A stretch of 64,000 nucleotides of DNA from positions 25,096 to 89,095 of the forward strand of contig CASFOW010000042.1 in NCBI GenBank assembly GCA_949296705.1. The letters run 5' to 3'. Below, in pieces: positions 59,432-64,000 of this stretch. Below the pieces are notes generated by a model. That model did no database searches and had not been told where the DNA came from. It saw only the letters and a program-made list of their open reading frames with translations. The DNA comes from an uncultured bacterium. GTDB taxonomy: Bacteria; Bacillota_I; Bacilli_A; RF39; UBA660. Every line of letters begins with the position of its first letter. Position 1 is the first letter of the stretch. Made by a program: the position numbers and the translations under genes.

Positions 59432-61303
59432 TTATTGTTTTGATGATGGTGATGGTGTTGGCGAAGTTGATGGTGTCGGTGATGGAGAAGTTGATGGTTC
59501 TTCTTCATCCAACTCATCATCAGGTGTAGGCGTTGGCGTTGGTGTTGTTACATTTGGTTTTTCTGCTACTACGATTTTTAAGGTTGATCCAGATATAATC
59601 GGTGTTTTTGGTGAACGCGATTGACTAATTAACGTTCCTTCTGTATACTGTGCGGTTGCCTCATAATCGACAGTTAATTTAATATTATATTTTTCACAGA
59701 ATGCTTCAACATCTTCAACTGTCCAGCCATCAGCGACCATATCAGGATAAACATCTTCGATATCCGGTACATAAAGTATAATCGAATCTCCTTTTACTAA
59801 GGTGCTACCCACATCAACACTTTGATCAATAATTTCTCCTTCATCATAATCATCTGGGTTATCTACAGCTTTCTTTTCAATCTCTACTTTTAACCCATAC
59901 ATCGCTTCTAGAATCTCTTTTTGTGCTTCAGCGTTTTCACCTGTTAAATCGACTACTTCGTATTTTTCTTGTCCAAGAGATTCATATAAAGTAATCACTG
60001 TACCTTCTTTAACCGTTCTTCCGGCGGACGGCGAAGTTTTTATCACTTTTCCTGCTTCAATAGTTGCATTTTCTTCTTTTTTCGTTTCAACGGCAACTTC
60101 AAAACCTTCTTCTTTTAATTTTCTTTCTGCTTCTACAACAGATAAATTCGATACATCTGGTACTTCAATATCTGGGGTTCTTGAAAAATAAGGAACAACA
60201 AGGAATACGGTTACGACGCCGATTACGATTAAAGTAAATAGAGAAGCTAGAATCCATACAATTCGGTTCGTTCTTTTTAAACTCTTGTCTTCAACGGTCT
60301 GTTCTTCTTTCTCTTCTTCTTTTACTTCTTTCTCCTCTTTATCTTCTTTACCTTTTTTATCTTCTTTAGCTTCTTGAATTTTTTCTTCCGTTTTCTTTTT
60401 TACTACTGTAATATTTTTCGTATTATCATCAATTTCATGTTCTGGATACTTAAAAACTATTTTTTCTTCGTTCATTCGCTCATCATTTAATACTGTAAGT
60501 AAATCAGCATGCATCTCTTTGGCATCCGCATAACGATTCTTTGGATTCTTGGCCGTTGCTTTTAAGATAACATTTTCGACACTCTGTGGTATAGCAGGAT
60601 TCTTTTTTCTGATACTTGGAATATCATCACGCATTTGTTTTAAGGCAATTTCAACAGCGTTATCCCCTTTAAAAGGTAATTGACCGGTCAATAATTCATA
60701 AAATAAAATTCCCATTGAATAAATATCACTACGAATTGTCGATCCCTTACCACTCGCTTGTTCTGGTGGAAGATAATGAACCGAACCCATTACAGAGTTT
60801 GTCTGAGTTAACTGGGTTGAATTTAAGGCCATAGCGATACCAAAATCAGTAATTTTTATCGAACCATCTTCTCGGATCATAATATTTTGTGGTTTTAAAT
60901 CACGATGAATAATATAACTATCATGGGCATGAGAAATACCATCAGTAAGCTGAAGCATAATATCAATTGCTTCACTTAGAGTTAGGCTTCCCCTTTTCTT
61001 AATTAATTGTTTAAGTGTTTTTCCTTCAATATATTCCATAACGATGTAATACAAGCCATTATCTTCACCTACATCGTACATTTCGACAATATTTGGATGA
61101 GATAGGGACGATGCAGATAAGGCTTCCCGTTGAAAACGTCTGACGAACTTCTCATCGCCAGATAAATCTCCACGTAATACTTTTATTGCTACTCTTCTAT
61201 CTAAGATAGTGTCATAAGCTAGATAGACATTCGCCATACCACCTTCGCCTATACTTTTAATAATCTCATAACGATCATTAATTTTCTGCCCCTTTTCTAT
61301 CAT
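59432..61303 (-). CDS. prkC: Ser/Thr protein kinase with PASTA repeats
   Basis: Hanks kinase motifs (GEGGMANVY, HRDLKPQN, DFG), a TM segment, then PASTA-like repeats. PT-rich C-terminus. Confidence 0.9.
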   Translation of the reverse strand: MIEKGQKINDRYEIIKSIGEGGMANVYLAYDTILDRRVAIKVLRGDLSGDEKFVRRFQREALSASSLSHPNIVEMYDVGEDNGLYYIVMEYIEGKTLKQLIKKRGSLTLSEAIDIMLQLTDGISHAHDSYIIHRDLKPQNIMIREDGSIKITDFGIAMALNSTQLTQTNSVMGSVHYLPPEQASGKGSTIRSDIYSMGILFYELLTGQLPFKGDNAVEIALKQMRDDIPSIRKKNPAIPQSVENVILKATAKNPKNRYADAKEMHADLLTVLNDERMNEEKIVFKYPEHEIDDNTKNITVVKKKTEEKIQEAKEDKKGKEDKEEKEVKEEEKEEQTVEDKSLKRTNRIVWILASLFTLIVIGVVTVFLVVPYFSRTPDIEVPDVSNLSVVEAERKLKEEGFEVAVETKKEENATIEAGKVIKTSPSAGRTVKEGTVITLYESLGQEKYEVVDLTGENAEAQKEILEAMYGLKVEIEKKAVDNPDDYDEGEIIDQSVDVGSTLVKGDSIILYVPDIEDVYPDMVADGWTVEDVEAFCEKYNIKLTVDYEATAQYTEGTLISQSRSPKTPIISGSTLKIVVAEKPNVTTPTPTPTPDDELDEEEPSTSPSPTPSTSPTPSPSSKQ

Positions 61304-62052
61304 TATACTTCACCTTCCTCATTTTCCTCTCTAATCAGGTATGCGATGGAAATATTGTCTGTTCCTCCTCGATTATTTGCTTTATGTACAAGTTTAATCA
61401 ATTTATCTTCAATTGTCAAATCACTGAGCAATACTCTTTCAATTTGTTCTTCTTCTAACATATTGGTCAATCCATCACTACAAAGAAATAAACCACTCAC
61501 AGAAGTATCGCAATCAAAAATATCCATATCAATATTTTTGGTCGCACCTAAAGCTTTCATCAATACATTTTTTTTCGGATGATCTTTAGCTTCTTCTTTG
61601 GTAAGTTCTCCAGCTGTGACTAATAAATTAACTAAAGTATGATCATAAGTTATTTTATGAAGTTTACCATCTTTCATCACAAAGCCACTAGAATCGCCAA
61701 TATTTCCATACAAAACATAATCTTTGGTGTTAATGGCTACGACTAAAGTTGCCCCCATTCCTTTACTTTCAGGATGATCATCGGCATAGCTAAAAATTAA
61801 ATGATTAATTTCTGTCGCACTATTTCTTAACCACTCGATAGCTTGATCTTTACTCATATTTAAAAAAGTCTCTTGAAAATGTTTACCTAGATAACTAATG
61901 GCAATAGATGAGGCAACTTCTCCAGCTGAATGACCACCCATTCCATCTGATACTGCTAATAGATAATCATTGTTTTTGTTTCTGACGATGATAACACTAT
62001 CTTCATTATGATCTCGTACTTTACCGGTATCTGTTAAACAAAATGATTTCAT
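61303..62052 (-). CDS. prpC: PP2C-family Ser/Thr phosphatase
   Basis: TDTGKVRDHNED...DGMGGH...SDG. Overlaps the prkC start. Confidence 0.85.
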   Translation of the reverse strand: MKSFCLTDTGKVRDHNEDSVIIVRNKNNDYLLAVSDGMGGHSAGEVASSIAISYLGKHFQETFLNMSKDQAIEWLRNSATEINHLIFSYADDHPESKGMGATLVVAINTKDYVLYGNIGDSSGFVMKDGKLHKITYDHTLVNLLVTAGELTKEEAKDHPKKNVLMKALGATKNIDMDIFDCDTSVSGLFLCSDGLTNMLEEEQIERVLLSDLTIEDKLIKLVHKANNRGGTDNISIAYLIREENEEGEV

Positions 62053-62053
62053 A

Positions 62054-63073
62054 TTAGTCCTCCTTTTTACTCCTTAATTGACCACAAGCTGCACTGATAT
62101 TGGAACCGAACTCTTTTCTAATCGTAGCGTTTATTTTATTCTTTTTTAGTATATCATAAAACTTAGTGATCGATTCATAATCACTTCGTTTAAAACTTAA
62201 ATTATTGGTTTCGTTATAAGGGATTAAATTGACATAACAGGTTAAATCTTTTACCAAGTTGGCTAGTTCTAAGGCATCAGTTTCTCTATCATTAATTCCT
62301 TTTAACAATATATATTCGAAAGTAACGCGGCGATTCGTCTTTTTTACGTAATCTTTTAAGACAAGCATTAATTCATTTATAGTATACACTTTATTGATAG
62401 GCATAATACTGTTTCTTATCTCATTATTTGGAGCATGAAGACTAATCGCTAAATTTACTTGATATGGCAAATTGGAAAACTCTTTTATTTTGGGAATAAT
62501 TCCACAAGTAGATACGGTAATATGACGACTACCTAAAGCTAAACCTTTAGGATGATTAATGATTTCTATAAATTTCACTAAATTGTCATAGTTATCGAAT
62601 GGTTCACCAATTCCCATGACTACAACATGACTAATTCGTACTTGTTCTTCTTGCTCAACTTTTAAAATTTGTTCTACCATTTCGGCGGTTTCTAAGTTAC
62701 GTACTTTTTTTAAACGGCCACTCTCACAGAATTTACAGCCCATGTTGCATCCTACTTGGGTAGATATACAGAGACTATTTCCATAGTGATGATTCATTAA
62801 AACAGCTTCGATTTTTTCTCCATCTTGTAGAGAAAATAAATATTTACTGACATCTTGATCTCGTTCTATTTTCTTTATGGAAATACTTGAAATTGAAAAA
62901 TCTGCTTCTAATCTAGCAATGACTTCTTTTTTTAAATTGGACATTTCTTCAAAGGTCGTTACTTTTTTCTGATAGAGCCATTCAAACACTTGAACTGCTC
63001 GAAATTTTTTATCTTGCTTTGCTAAAAAGTAATCTTCTAGTTCTGACATTGTTTTGTTATAAATACTTTCCAT
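62054..63073 (-). CDS. rlmN: 23S rRNA/tRNA m2A methyltransferase RlmN (radical SAM)
   Basis: CNMGCKFC radical-SAM motif with RlmN-like flanks. Confidence 0.9.
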   Translation of the reverse strand: MESIYNKTMSELEDYFLAKQDKKFRAVQVFEWLYQKKVTTFEEMSNLKKEVIARLEADFSISSISIKKIERDQDVSKYLFSLQDGEKIEAVLMNHHYGNSLCISTQVGCNMGCKFCESGRLKKVRNLETAEMVEQILKVEQEEQVRISHVVVMGIGEPFDNYDNLVKFIEIINHPKGLALGSRHITVSTCGIIPKIKEFSNLPYQVNLAISLHAPNNEIRNSIMPINKVYTINELMLVLKDYVKKTNRRVTFEYILLKGINDRETDALELANLVKDLTCYVNLIPYNETNNLSFKRSDYESITKFYDILKKNKINATIRKEFGSNISAACGQLRSKKED

Positions 63074-63166
63074 ATATCCACTTCCACACCATAATTATAG
63101 CATAGAAAAAGATTACCTTTAAAGATAATCTTTTTTAGTTGTCAAGTAAAGTGTAAAGAAATATAA

Positions 63167-63946
63167 CTAGCTACCAAGGGTAACTTCAAAATCTTCCGTT
63201 GTTCCTACTTGGCTAAATTCCATTTCTATAGTCAAAGTAGATAGCTGTCCGCTTACTGTTGTGAAATAGTTATTATAGTTTGCCTTGATTGTTTTTAGTG
63301 TACCATTTTCAGTAGTTAGCGTGATCGTATCTGTTAAGTTAGAATCGATTGAAGTCGTATCAAAAGTTGGGTTATATATTTTGACAATTTGTATGACTGG
63401 TACTTGATAAGTATAGACATTTCCCTGTGCCGTTAAAGTGCCTATTTCTGTCAAGTAAGAGATATCTTCGACATCACAGTAGATAAGATTAGGACTAGGA
63501 CTTTCGACAATGTGATATTCTCCATTTTCTTTTTGAAGGTAGTTATTACTTAATTTGGCATAACTATTACTTCCTTCTTTCGTAATAATGGTAAATATTT
63601 CTTTCTCGTCGATCTTTTTACCTGTAACTACTTCTTGAACACCATTATTGGTCACAGTATAGATATAGCTAAAATTTACTTCAAAAGATTCGGTAGGATC
63701 ATTTGAAGTATTATTATCGTTATTATTTCCAATATCGGGGGTTGGATTTTCTACTTGATTTTGATTATCTTTGTTATCATTAGGGGTAGTAGTTTGCTCA
63801 TCGGAAGTAGGACTTAACCGAATCATAATCACCAGAATCAATATAAAAATTCCCCAAATAATAAGCATAGCTATCGCGTGAAGTCGCTCATCTTTTTCTT
63901 TACCAAAACATTTTTTTAATAAGGCTTGCCAATCCTCTTTTTTCAT
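63167..63946 (-). CDS. Hypothetical membrane-anchored protein
   Basis: One TM segment (MLIIWGIFILILVIMI) and an N/D/T-rich extracytoplasmic region. Confidence 0.5.
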   Translation of the reverse strand: MKKEDWQALLKKCFGKEKDERLHAIAMLIIWGIFILILVIMIRLSPTSDEQTTTPNDNKDNQNQVENPTPDIGNNNDNNTSNDPTESFEVNFSYIYTVTNNGVQEVVTGKKIDEKEIFTIITKEGSNSYAKLSNNYLQKENGEYHIVESPSPNLIYCDVEDISYLTEIGTLTAQGNVYTYQVPVIQIVKIYNPTFDTTSIDSNLTDTITLTTENGTLKTIKANYNNYFTTVSGQLSTLTIEMEFSQVGTTEDFEVTLGS

Positions 63947-64000
63947 TATACTCTACTCCTCATTAAATACTTTTCCCAGTAAATCCTCTTCATGAACTCC

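Overview
This is a low-GC (about 30%) Firmicutes-type chromosomal segment, almost entirely coding. PolC plus DnaE, a sigG/ymxH pair, prkC/prpC and cdaA/cdaR point to an endospore-forming lineage (Clostridia- or Erysipelotrichia-like); that is inference from gene content only. The housekeeping backbone comprises polC, dnaE, murI, ddl, murF, asnS, trmL, a U32 peptidase, cdaA-cdaR, rlmN-prpC-prkC-rsgA-rpe, rpmB, and six tRNAs (Ser-GCT, Glu-TTC, Asn-GTT, Ile-GAT, Thr-CGT, Lys-CTT). A T-box leader with a probable Asn specifier sits in front of a ybaK-like/DUF1653/asnS operon. The most interesting region is 1..13.7 kb, a single minus-strand operon of at least 13 genes encoding a Tad/Flp-like pilus machine: CpaF ATPase, TadB/TadC platform proteins, a CpaB-like protein, an Flp-like pilin and two paralogous TadE-like pseudopilins that share an unusual leader. 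Fused into the same operon are a class B sortase, a 996-aa cysteine-rich secreted protein, and two large uncharacterised envelope proteins. A CxxC thioredoxin-like lipoprotein is encoded divergently from the operon. Other notable items are an Ogt-Tag fusion gene, a membrane-anchored MurF, two frameshifted pseudogenes, and a gene-poor degraded stretch next to tRNA-Thr. No CRISPR array, intact IS element or integrase was seen.
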